A stretch of 64,000 nt of DNA from Squalus acanthias (lineage: Eukaryota). The DNA lies in contig CM059431.1 of assembly GCA_030390025.1 (NCBI GenBank), forward strand, positions 113,152,001 to 113,216,000, given 5' to 3'. This document shows, in pieces, positions 1-14,605 of this stretch. The notes under the pieces are model-generated. The model did no database searches. It worked only from the letters and a program-made list of their open reading frames with translations, and was not told where the DNA came from. The translations under genes were made by a program, and so were the position numbers. How positions within the stretch are numbered: position 1 is the stretch's first letter; every line of letters begins with the position of its first letter.

Positions 1-889
1 GCTTCTGTACTTGTTGCAGAATATTTTAGATTTAGTGATGAGGGCCATGTTCAGTATAGTGCCACCCTCTCCCCTCTTGCAATGTGACTCATTTAGAGAC
101 AAGCGAGGGGATACAACCACAAGTCCCCTTGTTACCTGTTGAAGTCATTCACCTGTGCCTCTCCTGAACCACTAACAATTCTTTTCCTACCACAGTATAG
201 GAATCCCTGCGCCCCTTGATCTTACACCTGTTCTACGCCACCTAGAATAAATAGAGAAGACTCCCAATAAAGCCAGCACCTTCCTCCTATTCCTGCACCA
301 TCATTTTTCATACCTACACTTGCTTTCCCTGCTCCTCCACCTACTACCTGGCACCGCTGTGCTGCCCTTTAACCATCTCCCACCAAAGCAGACTGTTGGG
401 GCACGTGGACTCCTGCTTGGAGTACTGCTGCCATCCCAGCCATGGCACAGCAGCACTCGTTCACAGGGGCACAATCCTTATACACGAAGACCACCAATAT
501 GCAAATTACAGCATCTGGTGCACACACATTAAATTACAAACTTGTCACAATTCATCAAAATCTGGTACTATAAAATACTGCTGCATTATCTTTTTAAAAA
601 AAGACTTTCATGGGCCATTCATTTTACTTGCCCCTTTAACAATGCTGCTGCCTTTAAAGCTCAGGCAGCATCAGGACTTAATCTGGGGATCTTCATAGTA
701 CCAATAGAGCATCTCCAGCAGTGTCCGATGTCTGCCCTCTCCATGATAACCAGGTCCAGCAGGAAATCCTACAGCTAATCTTCCATGAGCATAGTGCGCC
801 TCTTGTACACTGCGCCGGCATTGCTTTCAGTCAATGCCTGGAATGGAAGATCAGCCCTAATGCGTTCGCTTAGGAGATCGTACAATGAT

Positions 890-1255
890 TGTTCTCCTTA
901 GAGCAGAGATGGTTAAGGGGAGATTTGATTTGAGGTGTTCAAAATCTTGAAGGGTTTTGATAGAGTAAATAAGGAGAAACTGTTTCCACTGGTAGAAGGG
1001 TCAGTAACCAGAGGAAACAGATTTAAAGTAATTGACAAAAGAACCAGAGGAGAGACAAGGAGAATTTGTTTTACGCAGCGAGTTGTTGTGATCTGGAATG
1101 CACTGCCTGAGGGTGGTGGAAGCAGATTCAATAGTAACTTTCAAAAGGGAATTGTATAAATACTTGAAGGGGATAAAATTGCAGGGCTATGGGGAAAGAG
1201 CAATGGGTTGAATGGTCTCCTTCTGTGCTGTAAGATTCTATGATTCTATTCTATG
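890..1255 (+). mobile_element. CR1 LINE 3' fragment
   Basis: ORF2 C-terminal motif FKILKGFDRV..LFPLV..S.TRG..F.QRVV..WNALP; ATTCT-type tail near 1235-1255. Confidence 0.85.
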
Positions 1256-2059
1256 AACCTCTTTCAACACATTGTGGGCACAGGGAGGAGAAAAGAGCAT
1301 GTAGAATGTACTTGAGTTTAAGATGAATAAGAGAGGAACATTCAAAGGAGTAATGATCATATTGTTGATAAAATGTGCAAGGAAGATTAAGAAGAAATAG
1401 TTGGAGAGTAAAGGAGTGCTGTACTTCACCAAAAATTCAAAATGACAACAAAAATCTATTAATCATTATACTTCTCCATGCTGTGGCTAATTTGCTTCAA
1501 ACTGCTTCAAAATCTGTCAACAGCAGGAAGGGCTTTTCAATAAACCAGTCATGTATTATGTGAGTTCGAAGTCTCCAGCAGCTTGAAGAGTTAATCCAAT
1601 CCAGAACGGTTGAGATAGCAAAGGCCTTTCGTGGCAATTTGGTAGGTTAGTACATCAACCTTCCTTCTCCTGTGAGGTGCCAAGAGGCATTGGGAAGGAG
1701 GTGCACCAGACACAACACTGACTAAAGATTTTCTCCTGATCTACAAGTCTGCAGTATTGTTGATGGTGACTACAGAACTCATAAAGCACATACATAAATC
1801 TGTAGAACCAGATGACCCAGTGCAGCCAGCCATTCTGCAGACTTCAGTGCAGTGGGGCTGGATTCAACCAGTAATAATCTTATCAATGATGACCACACGT
1901 CAAGCAGAAAAAAATCAAGATGAGCTCCTGGACACTTCTGTATGATTGATTTATACAGGTCTGAGCAAAACAGAAGTTTCAGTGTCGACTGTTAATCGTG
2001 CTGCTTCTACTCTGTCGAGAACAGCTAATAATAACTTTACTTTACCTCCACACAGACAT

Positions 2060-2192
2060 GGGACGAAGCTTTCGACTTTGGCAGGGACGTAAAATTGAAA
2101 TAAATGGAAAAGAAAATCGGGTGGGGCGTATAACGGGCGGCCGAACCGAAACCGCCAGTTTTACCACCCTGCCAAAGCTGAAAGTTCATCCC
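2060..2192. mobile_element. Small fold-back MITE (Harbinger-like)
   Basis: Imperfect ~35 bp terminal inverted repeats gggacgaagctttcgactttggcaggg / ccctgccaaagctgaaagttcatccc; TSD unclear. Confidence 0.6.
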
Positions 2193-2555
2193 GTGGAATT
2201 TTGCAGTATGATTACTTCGGTTTTCCTTTCACCTTGTTACTCACATCTACATTTTCCCCCCACATCATATTGGATTCCAAACTGAAGTGTAACTTTTGCT
2301 TGGCTTTTTGCATTGACTTCTAATAGGTCTTAAAGGTTTTCAGAGTTTTTTTTTTGTTCAAACAAATAAGGCTAGAAGTTACTTTTGGCAGTATTGATGG
2401 ACAAACATGCAGCAGGCTTGAATGGTATTTCTTTGTCTGCTATTTTAATGCCGGTGGTAACCCATCTATTTTACATGTGAAATGCTTTTCTCTTAAAATA
2501 GAGGACAGAGGAATGTCAAATGAACATCTTAAATGTTAATCGCGGTTACAGTAAT

Positions 2556-2879
2556 GGCCCAGAATTTGCAGTCCTTTCGCCTTTGAAACCGAGCGCAGCT
2601 TGAGGATTTAGCTCATGCGCAGCCTAACGCGAAAATCCTGAAGTTGCGGTCAGTCATTCACTGCTCCTCCACAGGCTGCGTTTTGATTGGCTGCTTAAAC
2701 CGCTTGTTAACGTCACAGCAGCTCTTCGCTGGCAGTCCCCATTCACTTCCGTTGATTTCAATTACGCGTCAGTAAACCTGAAATTCTCGACACTGAGATC
2801 ACGCGATCTTGGTGTGAAGCTTACCATGGGGCTAGCGGCGAATGCTTTTTGCTTCGTCGCTGACCACAAATTCCGGGCC
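2556..2879. mobile_element. PIF/Harbinger-like MITE
   Basis: TIRs GGCCCAGAATTTG / CAAATTCCGGGCC; AAT on both sides (3-bp TSD). Confidence 0.85.
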
Positions 2880-3964
2880 AATATCTAATGAATATGTAGA
2901 GGCCTGTGCATGCATGAAAACTTGGGTTTCATTTTTCACCTATAAAAAGACTATAAGGGTGCATTTATACTACAGCTACTGGTATGAAGCTGATAGTTGC
3001 TTCATTTATACTGCCTACTTCCAATTGTAATTCTCTTGCCCAGGAGGGAATTCTCCCCTGGCATTTTTATACATGTGCAAATTCTCTCTCCTTTCACACT
3101 AAGCACTTTCAGAACTAGTTTTGATGGCGTACTGGAGTTATGCTCGATGCGGCTTCAAACCCAAGCAGTGTGAGGCTGCCTTTAGGGAGCAGATCACCCC
3201 TGACAATGAAGATTTAGCGCCCGGCAACACTGCAGTTGCAGTACAAAGGCCAAGGAAACATCTTGAGACATCTTTCACCATAGTGGCAATTTTGAGAATA
3301 GGTTTACAGCTACAGAACTAAATTTACATTTTAGTATTGTTTTTCTGCAACCCCCACCCCCCCCAACACCCCCCCAATATCTCGCATTGTTTTTGACTAA
3401 AACAACTCATCTATGACCAAGCCTGTGTTGGCGCATTTACATGGTGGCCATTAGGAGATGTGCAAGAGAGGTGTGGAATGGCTCATTTTAAAATTATTGT
3501 TCAACTTTGCTCACTGTTCTGGCTGAGATCAGTAGCTCCATCGTTGTGATAACCCATGTCTGCTATTTTGGAGTACAGTATATCTGTTCTCTAATACGTC
3601 ACATCATGAGGCCTGCAGTGACTTTAAAATACATTAAATGACACAAAATCAAGGACCCGGAAAACTGAAACAAACCACTGTCCCTTCGTGGTGTCTACAG
3701 ACTCGGAAAGATTCATTGTCCTGGAGGGGAAAAAAACACAAGTGTTTTTAATCAACTTCCATAATCCATAGTGCATTAATGGCGGCTTTTTTCTCAGTGT
3801 CTCTGGGCCTAGTGCTGGCTTCATCTTGTATATTATTACTAATTTTCTCATTTCTCTGGCAGGTAGAACCTGTCATTTTTATTGAGATTTTTCCTTTTGC
3901 GTCAGTTTTAAAAAGGGGTTGAGAACCAAATCTTTGTACAGTTAGGAGTTTTTTTTTTAGTTAG

Positions 3965-4189
<225 letters not shown>

Positions 4190-5199
4190 TAAGGATACAA
4201 TGAAACATGGCTCATATTAGCAAGTAAATATTGTGCTAAAGTATGTTAGCAACTTTAGCAGGTACAATGTCCAAATAATTTTCTTGGGTTGTAACTTGAC
4301 CCCATTACACAGGTCAGGTCACGGATGAGCAACAATAATGGATTTCTCCCGCATTATTCATTCAATAAAGCTCACCATGGAGCATGCTAGAGAATGTCTA
4401 ATATTCTCCACAGATCTTTGTCTTAAACTTCTCTGGCTGAACTCTGCCAGATTAAGCTCCAAATTATTTAGACTGCTAGTTTATTTTTCCAGGCATAATT
4501 CAAATTCCTGTATGTAGGAGTGAAAAGATCATTCCTTAGCGTAGTCCCTGCAGTGCTCCATCCGCTTCTTCTTAATAAAAAATCTTTTGCTTTTGGCTAG
4601 AAACCTGAAAAAAGCCAATTGCCCCATAGTGGTGATTACAGCTCAAGCTAACACTGCTGAATCAATTAGAATAGTGTTTGTTAATTTTCATTTAATTAAG
4701 CAGTTGTGATATACAGTCTACTCTTAATTCAAAGTCACAATTCAAATTATCTGATAATTTAATTTATTTTCGCACTAAACTCCCACTTGGCTGTGTTGTT
4801 TACATTGCTTAATTCAAATTACTGGCTATTTCAATTTTATCACGTAAAACATGATTTTAAATTAAAAGGAGTAGACTGTGGTAGCTTTTTTTTCCAGATG
4901 GCCTTATTAAAGCATACTGTGCTATAATTCCTGTAAATGAATGCCTGCAGAACCAATGCTACATTTCATATTACATTCCCCTCCAAGGTCTCCTAACAGC
5001 TATTTGTAATTTTCCCCAGTATGTTCCGTAAGTGCTTGGTAGACCCAATACCATGACCTATCAGATTTCTGCTTCTGAGACTGCTTATCTCTGTTCAAAG
5101 TAACCCTGTGGGGATTGTGTCTCAATTCTGGACCTTGCCAGAATAGACCCCTCGCTGTAAGATCAGTTATTGACTAGAGAGAAAATTGATCTTAAACAA

Positions 5200-6595
5200 A
5201 TTTTTTTTTAAATCTAGTTTATGGGATGTGGGCATCGCCAGCATTTATTGCCCATCCCTAATTGTCCTTGAGAAGGTGGTGGTGAGCCGCCGCCTTGAAC
5301 CGCTGCAGTCCGTGTAGTGAAGGTACTCCCACAGTGCTGTTAGGGAGGGGGTTCCAGGATTTTGACCCAGCGACGATGAAGGATCGGCGATATACTTCTA
5401 AGTCAGGATGGTGTGTGACTTGAAGGTGGTGGTGTTCCCATGCGCCTGCTGCCCTTGTCCTTCTAGGTGGAAGAGGTCGCTGGTTTGGGAGGTGCTGCCG
5501 AAGAAGCCTTGGCGAGTTGCTGCAGTGCATCTTGTAGATGGTACACATTGCAGCAACGGTACGCCGGTGGTGGAGGGAGTGAATGTTTAAGGTGGTGGAG
5601 GAGGTGTGCATCAAGCGGGTTGCTTTGTCCTGGATGGTGTCGAGCTTCTTGAGTGTTGTTGCAGCTGCACTCATCCAGGCAAGTAGAGAGTATTCCATCA
5701 CACTCCTTACTTGTGCCTTGTAGATGGTGGAAAGTCTTTGGGGAGTCAGGAGGTGAGACACTCGCCGCAGAATACCTAGCCTCTGACCTGCTCTTGTTGC
5801 CACAGTATTTATGTGGCTGGTCCAGTTAAGTTTCTGGTCAATAGTGACCCCTAGGATGTTGATGGTGGGGGATTCGGTGATGGTAAGGCCGTTGAATGTC
5901 AAGGGGAGGTGGTTAGACTCTCGCTTGTTGGAAATAGTGAATGTTACCTGCCACTGTTACGTCGTCCAGGTCTTGTTGCATGCGGGCATGGACTGCTTTA
6001 TTATCTGAGGAGTTGTGAATGGCTCTGAACACTGCAGTCATCAGTGAACATCCCCATTTCTGACCTTATGTTGGAGGGAAGGTCATTGATGAAGCAGTTG
6101 AAGATGGTTGGGCCTAGGACACTGCCCTGAGGAACTCCTGCAACCATGTCCTAGGGCTATGATGATTGACCTTCAAGCACCACAACCATCTTCCTTTGTG
6201 CTAGGTATGACTCCAGCCAGTGGAGCGTTTTCCCCCTGATTCCCATTGACTTTTACTAGGGCTCCTTGATGCCACACTCGGTCAAATGCTGCCTTGATGT
6301 CAAGGGCAGTCACTCTCTCCTCACCTCTGGAATTCAGCTCCTTTGTCCATGTTTGGACCAAGGCTGTAATGAGGTCGGGAGCCAAGTGGTCATGGCGGAA
6401 CCCAAACTGGGCATCAGTGAGCAGGTTATTGGTGAGTAAGTGCCACTTGATAGCACTGTCGATGACACCTTCCATCACTTTGCTGATGATTGAGAGTAGA
6501 CTGATGGGGTGGTAATTGGCCGGGTTGGAATTGTCCTGCTTTTTGTGGACAGGACATACCTGGGCAGTTTTCCACATTGTCGGATAGATGCCAGT
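5200..6595 (-). mobile_element. 5'-truncated non-LTR retrotransposon (CR1/Jockey-group RT), frameshifted
   Basis: ORFs 6173-6577 (WKTAQVCPVHKK...PISLLSIISKVME...QFGFR...LDIKAAFDRVWH) and 5258-5902 (LGVTIDQKLNW...YKAQVRSVMEYS); same family as 19145-20071 and 58966-59590. Confidence 0.9.
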
Positions 6596-6829
6596 TTGCC
6601 CAGGTTGTTCACCAGAATATTGTACATTGACATGTCACTCTCTGTCTGCAAGTATCAGTTTGTTTCATAAATACAGTCTGATTCTCTCTCTTTCTTAAAA
6701 GAAGCCCAGTCACAATGTCACTATTTACATCACCGATTTAATCAGCCAGAAAATTCAATCTTAAAATTGCTATTTTATAACTATGCACTTTTAAAGTAAT
6801 ACATTACCTCATATATACCAGACTTTGTG

Positions 6830-7220
6830 TTAAGAAGTGCCTTTCATGACCTCATGAAGTACTTTTGAAGTGTAGTCACTGTTGTAATCTAGAAAACACG
6901 GCAGCCAATTTGCGCACAGCAAGGTCCCACAAACAGCAATGTGGTATTTACCAGATAATCTGTTTTTTTACTAATGTTGGTTGAGGGATAAATATTGGCC
7001 AGGACACCAGGACGAACTCTTCTTCAAAATATTGCCTTGGGATATTTTACGTTCGCCAGAGAGGGTAGACGGGGGTCTCGGTTTAACGTCTCATCTGAAA
7101 GACGGCACCTCTGACTGCACTGGGAGTGTCAGCCTAGATCATGTGCGCAAGTCTCTGGAATGGTATTTGAACCCACAACCTTCTCACCCAGAGTGCCATC
7201 AACTGAGCCATGGCTGACAC
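6830..7220 (-). mobile_element. tRNA-derived DeuSINE (SacSINE1-like)
   Basis: B-box-like head (revcomp GGTTCAAATACC near 7160-7175), Deu-like core and L2-like tail; homologous to 9017-9312, 46770-46965, 51092-51447. Confidence 0.8.
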
Positions 7221-7446
7221 CCTAGTTTTGTCAGTTACTGAATAACGTGCATTTTTTACGATCATGCACTGAGCAGTTTGTTCGCATTTTATGAACTGTT
7301 TTGCAGGTTCTATTTTAGTACTGCATGCAGTGTGTCAGGATTTAGTCTTTAGAATGGATACATTTATATTCTGTTAATTCATAAAATGGGAGTGTCTCCT
7401 CACTGCAGCGAACTGCTTCCTAATTCTTTGTGTATTTCTTTCCTGA

Positions 7447-7986
<540 letters not shown>

Positions 7987-8529
7987 TAATCTTAACTATG
8001 AGAGAACACCCATATTGCACTACCCAATCTTATAAATGCTTATTTTCAGTTATTGTTTAATTGAAAAAACCACCAGAACAAGTTAAAAGGCAGCTCCATT
8101 CTACTTGTAATTGTGAATTGTAGCATTGTTATGATGTTAAATGTGCAGAGAGTCATTGTTGAGGTGAAACTACCTCAGGCATAAACATTTGGAGTAGATT
8201 TTATCAATTAGCACTCCCAAGCTTCATGCACCGAGAGTGCACATTGAGAATCCAGGCTAGCCAGAAAACTGCGTGGATGCACTGAATCGCAAGTTCACAA
8301 AATCTATCTAAGTAGCCATCTAAGGACAAATTTTCCAATTGCACGCTCCAAGCACAGATCATGCCTGTGTTCGGAGCGCATATTGGGAAATCAATCACGT
8401 GCAACCCCATGGTTTTCTAAGTTGTGGGCTGCACATGTCTAGAATCCCAATATTGGCTCTTCGCAAGGCTCCTCACATGGAACATGGATTCAGAAAGTGT
8501 ACCCTCCAATATACAGGGTGAGTAATTGA

Positions 8530-8900
8530 TTGCACCTATGTATACAGCAACAACTTGCATTTATATTGCATCTTTAATGTATTGAATTCCCCAAGGTGTT
8601 CAAAAAAGGTCGAAGAGTTGAGATAGATAACTGAATACATGGAGGTTTTGAGGAGGTCTTTAAAGACGAGGAGAGGAGTTGCAAGGAGGTGGAGTTTACA
8701 GCAAGAGTTCAAGAAAGTAAGGCAGAGGTTGCTGAGCATTCTTCCACCAGTAATGGAGTGTAGGCAAGTAGAGATGCACAGGGGACCATAGTCAGAGGAT
8801 CAAAGGGCGCAGGCTGGGATGTAAGACTGGAGGATGTTGCAACAGTATGGTGGGGCTAAGCCACGGAGGGATTTGTAAAGAAGGATGATCTAGCTATTGA
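8530..8900 (-). mobile_element. Old L2 LINE 3' fragment
   Basis: Tail caacaacttgcatttatattgcatc shared with SINE tails and with 34612-35935. Confidence 0.6.
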
Positions 8901-9016
8901 GAGCTAGGAAGCAGTTAGTCAGCAATCGATGACTGGAGCCAGAAAACGCTCTTGTAAAACGTTCCTTTGCAAAGAAGTCTGATTTCTCCTCTGATTTCAG
9001 GAACTAGAGATATAAA

Positions 9017-9312
9017 GAAAGAAAGACCTGCATTTCTAGAACACCTTTCAGGACCTCACAACGTCCCAAGGCGCTTTACAGCCAATGAAGTACTTTTGAA
9101 GTGTAGTCACTGTTGTAATGTAGGAAACGTGGCAGCCAATTTGCACACAGCAAGCTCCCACAAACAAAGCAATGTGATCCCGACCAGATTATCTGCTTTG
9201 GTGATGTTGGTTGAGGGATAAATATTGGCCAGGAATCTGGAGAGAACTCCCCTGCTTTTCTTCAAATTGGTGCTGTGGGATCTTTTTACATCTACCTGAG
9301 AGGGCAGAAGGG
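9017..9312 (-). mobile_element. DeuSINE (SacSINE1-like) 3' part
   Basis: Reverse-complement homology to 51092-51447, including the (GAAA)n tail. Confidence 0.8.
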
Positions 9313-11340
9313 GCTTAAGAGAATATAGATGTTGAAATGACCTTGCTTCTGTCTCATCAGAAATTGACTGCAGTGTCCTAGATGAGAACGTTGTAAGATT
9401 CTTACTGCTTTGAGAAGAAAGTTCCTCTGGTGGTTCAACCATGTCCTGGTGTATAGTAAGGATCTTGTCCACAATTTATACTTTGTCAGTATTCGCAAAG
9501 GACAGATGGCTTTCTAGTGTCTCCAAATAATGAAGTGCTCCAAGGCCCTGAAGTGATTTCCAACAGAACTGTACAGTGTTAAAAGCCTAAAAAATACCGT
9601 GCAGCAGAAAACTTTATTATTAATTTCTTACTATAGATTTCTGGGAAGAAGTGAACTCACATCTTATGGTAAAGAAGTGAATCATTTGATAGGATTTGGG
9701 CCAGAAAATCCTCTAAATGAAAAATGGAAGAGTGCAAGTTTTTCTCTGTAATCAATAGCCTGGTAATGAAATTGTAGGAATGTGCAACTTTGGAATGTGT
9801 AATGTCTGTTCATGTATTAATTACAGAGAAAAAAGTCTATTCCTTTTTTGTAGAGAAATTTTTACCTCAAATAGTGATTGACGACACTTTAAAAAATACT
9901 TTCTGCATTTGATTTTTCTGATTCCATGATGATCAGAAATTTGTAGACCACATGTTTTGTACCTCAAACACCTTGCCATTGTTTTCAGTCTCTAAAGAAC
10001 AAATGGCCATGAAATGTTGGTTTGGCCTTGAATTTTGCAGAATGTCTATGTAACTGAAACTTGACCTATATTCAGTAGTGCCCTCCTTCACAAATCTGAA
10101 CCGTGCTTTCAGTAACCTGGGTGAATGTCCCAATAGAATTGCAATAATAGCAACTCGACATTGGCCATGGATCAAATGTCATTGTCGTATTTTACATAAT
10201 TTTGTTATTATCTGCAACTACATTCATCATAACAATATAAATTGACTCAAGGTGTATTAATATGTCGATGCAAAGCAAATGAAGAAAAGTTGTAAACATC
10301 AATTCTTTCTCCAGGTTAAATGAAAACTTAAGATTTTGTGCTAAATTGTCAATGTTATGTTGAGCTGACGTTACTGCCAGGCTTCATCTTAGATTAACAC
10401 AAAAGCACAATTAAAAAGGATCAGAGCATAAGAACAAGTGTAACCATTTCAACAGCCAATCTGATATTTTCAGATCTTTTTTCTGTTTTTTTTAATAACT
10501 TGAGAAATAGTTGCCATCAGAGCCATAAATGTGTATCTTGTTTCCAATTATCTATTTCCACGAGAAAAAGTGAATCTCTTCAGAACTAACTGTAATTTGA
10601 TATTTTGTCGTAAGATGAGCTGCTTTCTGCCTGGGCTGCCCACAGGAAATTAAATAGGAGTGCTGCAGCTTTAAATTTAACAATACTAGCTTATTCTAGA
10701 ATTAAATAGAGCTGCTATTACATTTTATTTTTAATCTCTTCACTTTTTCTGCTATTTTTCTGCTCTTGACAAATAGGAAGCATAACATTTTAGCAAGCAA
10801 AGCATGTAAGTGGCTTTAAGACTTTTTTGAAATGTCGTCCGAAATTTGGAGTAGGGGTGAGATGCATTGCGTGACCTTGTTTGGAAACATTTTTAAAGCT
10901 TTATAAAAATGAGTACTTTGTACAAAGGTTTAATGCAGAATTAGTTTTAAAAAAAAAATAACTTGAATATATTGTATTTGTATGATTACGTTAACATTCC
11001 AAGAAGAATAAAATATCCATTTTACTCCATAACAAGACTTTTATAGTTCGTTGTAACATCCAATGAACACTGAGTTTCCTCATAAGTAATATAATATAAT
11101 CTTTTTTATGTCTGAGTGTCCTTGGCGTAAGTCTCTTGTATTGCAGTGATGAAGGGCTGGATTTTACCAACCTCGGCGGGTTCGTGGCGGGTGACGTCGG
11201 TGGCGGGTCCCGGCCTCGCTGCCTCCATGTCTGTTGTTGTGTCTGATGGAGGATGCATCATGGCCATAGTCTCCGATAAGTCATGTGGGTAGCCAATAGG
11301 TGGAGAAAAACCTGCTTCTTCCTCAGACAGGGCATATTGG

Positions 11341-11807
11341 ACATAAGACATAAGACGTAGGAGCAGGAGTAGGTCATTTGGCCCCTCGAGCCTGCTCCGC
11401 CATTCAATAAGATCATGGCTGATCTGATCTTGGCCTCAACTCCACTTCCCCGCCCGCTCCCCATAACCCTTGACTCCCTTACCTTTCAAAAATCTGTCTA
11501 TCTCCACCTTAAATATATTCAATGACCCAGCCTCCACAGCTCTCTGGGGAAGAGAATTCCAAAGATTCACGACCCTCTGAGAGAAGAAATTCCTCGTCAT
11601 TTCCAATTTAAAAGGGTGCCCCCTTATTTTGAAATTATGCCCCCTAGTTCTAGATTCCCCCACGAGGGGAAACATCCTCTCTGCATCTACCCTATCAAGC
11701 CCCTTCAGAATCTTATATGTTTCAATAAGATCCCCTCTCATTCTTCTAAACTCCAATGAGTATAGGCCCAACCTGCTCAACCTTTCTTCATAAGACAACC
11801 CCTTCAT
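11341..11807 (-). mobile_element. CR1 LINE 3' fragment
   Basis: ORF MKGLSYEERLSRLGLYSLEFRRMRGDLIETYKIL...WNSLPQ; tail at 11341; same subfamily as 22618-23075. Confidence 0.9.
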
Positions 11808-11854
11808 ATTGAAGGAACTTCAAAAAGTGTGTTAAACTATTCTCTCTATTGAAG

Positions 11855-12055
11855 TTAAAACAGAAAATACTGGAAATAAACAGCAGTTCCCACAGCATCT
11901 GATGAGAGAAAAGATGGGCTCATGCTTGGGCAGTAGACCCTCTACTCAAACTGTTCTGATAAAGGGTCTCTACTTAAATGCTAACCTGTTTATCCCTTTT
12001 CAGATACTTAAAGCAACTTTTGTTTTTTTTATAGATTTCTGACATTTGCAGTTTT
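11855..12055. mobile_element. Degenerate fold-back Penelope terminal-repeat element
   Basis: Diverged inverted arms around gtagaccct...agggtctctac; same layout as 62824-63058. Confidence 0.55.
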
Positions 12056-12190
12056 TTCATTTCCGTTTTTAAAATACAAGTAACACAAATCCTTTGCTGC
12101 ACTCTGAATAAACTTGCTCTAGTTGTGAGAGCGTAGCGGTTGCATCAACTTTCGGTTTGTAGCTGAATTGACGGTTTTTTTCTGTTGCAG

Positions 12191-12322
12191 AAAAACTCAG
12201 ACGCAGTATGCCAAACCTGGCTCGTTCATTCAGTGCTACCAGTTCACCGGACTCTTTTAAGAACAGCAGAAGTTTTGATTCAAACCTACAGAATGGAATT
12301 TCACGACTCCAGTCACCAGCAT
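12191..12322 (+). CDS. SLAIN1: SLAIN1 internal coding exon
   Basis: tttttctgttgcAG acceptor, GTGAGT donor at 12323; 132 bp; EKLRRSMPNLAR...RSFDSNLQNGISRLQSPA. Confidence 0.95.
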
Positions 12323-12913
12323 GTGAGTATAAACTATGCCCATGAGCAACCTTTATCATGTGAGGTTAGCTCAGTTCTCTGGTGATTACATTCCTTATTC
12401 CATTGCATGATATATAACATTGTCCTGCGATCTGAACAATTTGGACTTTACTTTTCTTTCAAATCTCCTCTTTCCAACCCTAGTTTTTAAATATTCATCT
12501 TGTTGAGCCACGTACCATTCTTGGGCTAAAAAGGTGAGCAAGTGAGCTGCTGTTGGACCTCTGTCGGAGATGCCTCACTAATAACCTCTATGAGGCACGT
12601 AGGACCAGCGAGATTGGGGGAGGAGTTTTTCTTACTCAAGGGGAAAATAGGAATAGGATGAATTGTGGGCATGAATCTTCTGACCTCCTTGTAATCTGCC
12701 TAGCTGGTTTCTGTGAAGTTAAGAGAGTTTTTAGGCAGTTTTGCCCTTTCTACTATACCGGAGACAAACCTAATTTCATCAGTGTCAATTAAGGAAAATT
12801 GTGTATTTGTTGCCACACCTGGTATTGAAATTGTCGACACTAAATAGAGAAAACATAGGCATAGTGACCAGATCTTACAAATGTCGCACTTAATACCTTT
12901 CAAAGGAAACTTT

Positions 12914-14605
12914 GGCCGCAATTTTATCATCGGTGTCGGGATGGTGGCGGGAGAGCTGGTTTCTGGGTTTCAGTCACGATCCTTGGTGCAGCCGCTCTGT
13001 CGAAGGGATTTTCCCTTGATTGGCCTTGTTAAGCCCGCCCTGCGGGCTTCCCGGCCAATTAACAGAAAGCGGGTCTGATGACGTCATTTGATGACGCGTC
13101 ATCAGCCGGTTTCCTTAAAGGGACCACGGCCACATTGAGTTTGACAGTTGTTCTGTCAGTGTTTGACAGCATTGAGGTGCTGCAAACACTGAGGAGCACT
13201 ACACAAAGGTGGACGCTTGCACCTAGGCTCTCCAATGACTCCCTCCATATGCTTATGGAGGGAGTCACAACACGCAGGGAGGATCTCTTCCCTTCCACAG
13301 GCGGAAGAGATCTCCCCAGAGCACCAACGAAGCCTGGTGGCACATTGCACAGGAGGGCACAAGCAGGGATGTCGTCAGGGGTCCCTGGCTGCAATGGCGC
13401 CAACCTTTGAATGATCTCAGTGGATCACGAAACATTACTGCAAAGCCACACTCAAACTCATCCTGCTGTGCCACTCATCACATTGCCTTCCATACCCTTC
13501 TCCTGCACATCCTTACTCACACCAACTTACCTTGCACCTCCACTCAACCCTCCCTATCTACTTTATCACTTCCCCCATCTCACTAGCCACTCCTCACACT
13601 CGCCCTCATCCTACTGCAAGCATACCAACTAACAACACATAAGGGCAGGCACTTGAGAGGTAAGGGCAGGCACTTGAGAGGTTTAGCCAATGTCCATGTG
13701 AAGTTTCTGGTAATGTGTTGTCATACATTGAAATCTATTTTTCCAACACTGCCCCTTATTGGACAGATTTGAGCGCACCTTGAGAAGTGTCTTACTGAGT
13801 TCCAGTGAATGTTCAGACATAACATCCCCCCCCCCCCCCCCCCGGGCTATAGTGATGAGTGTGAATGGAATGGCTTGGACATTAAAGGGATGCTTCACGG
13901 TGCTGCTGTGGGATGGTGTCAACCTGGCGCATCATGTGGCAGCCAGGGTTAACAGCGTCAAGTGAAGTAAATCTGGCCATGGTGATGCCATCGCTGGCCT
14001 CCCGGGCAGCAATGTTGTCAGGCTGATGTCCTGTGCAGCATCAGGTGATGGCGGAGAAGGTTGGTGATGTTGCTGGTGATGTTGGTGTTGGGGCCGATCG
14101 TGGAAGGATTCAGAGGACCAAGGTGAGATTTTTTCAAGGGCACCGATGTTGCTGCAATAGATGGCAGCTGCAGGTGAGATGACAGAAGCGATCTGTCGCC
14201 TCTAAACACTTGTAAGCTAAAGAAATCTCATATATATAACCAAAAGTTTCTGCGCTCTGAAACTGACCATCTGCAACATGTCATTCTTTACATCACTTCT
14301 GCAGCTGTCAGCTTATCAGAAACATCAGAGCAGACTCAACTCATGCCAGCTTGAGCTGGCGTGTTCCCCGAGCAGCGGGTAACCCGTGGGGGAGAACGTA
14401 AAATTGGAAGGAAGCCATTTAATGAGCTCAATTTGCCTCCCCCGCCGCTTGGTGTCGGGTCAGTTCTCCGCTGACAGACCCGACACCTGGGAGACTGGTG
14501 TGGAGGCGGGTTGACAGCGGGTTTCCTACCAGTTGTCAATCTTTGCTATTTTGACAGCAGACCCACCTCCAAACCCGCCCTCTGAGCGCCGGCAAAATTC
14601 CAGCC
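12914..14605 (+). mobile_element. Non-autonomous PIF/Harbinger element (Myb/SANT exon on +, transposase 5' stub on -)
   Basis: TIRs GGCCGCAATTTT / AAAATTCCAGCC, TTT on both sides; APRLSNDSLHMLMEGV..RREDLFPS Myb/SANT-like remnant; homologous (inverted) to 17164-18671 and 52018-53774. Confidence 0.85.

Noticed and set aside
13641..13682. 21-bp tandem duplication (similar small ones at ~37250, ~61157, ~62208)
   Set aside because: Ordinary slippage inside repeats; no functional signal.
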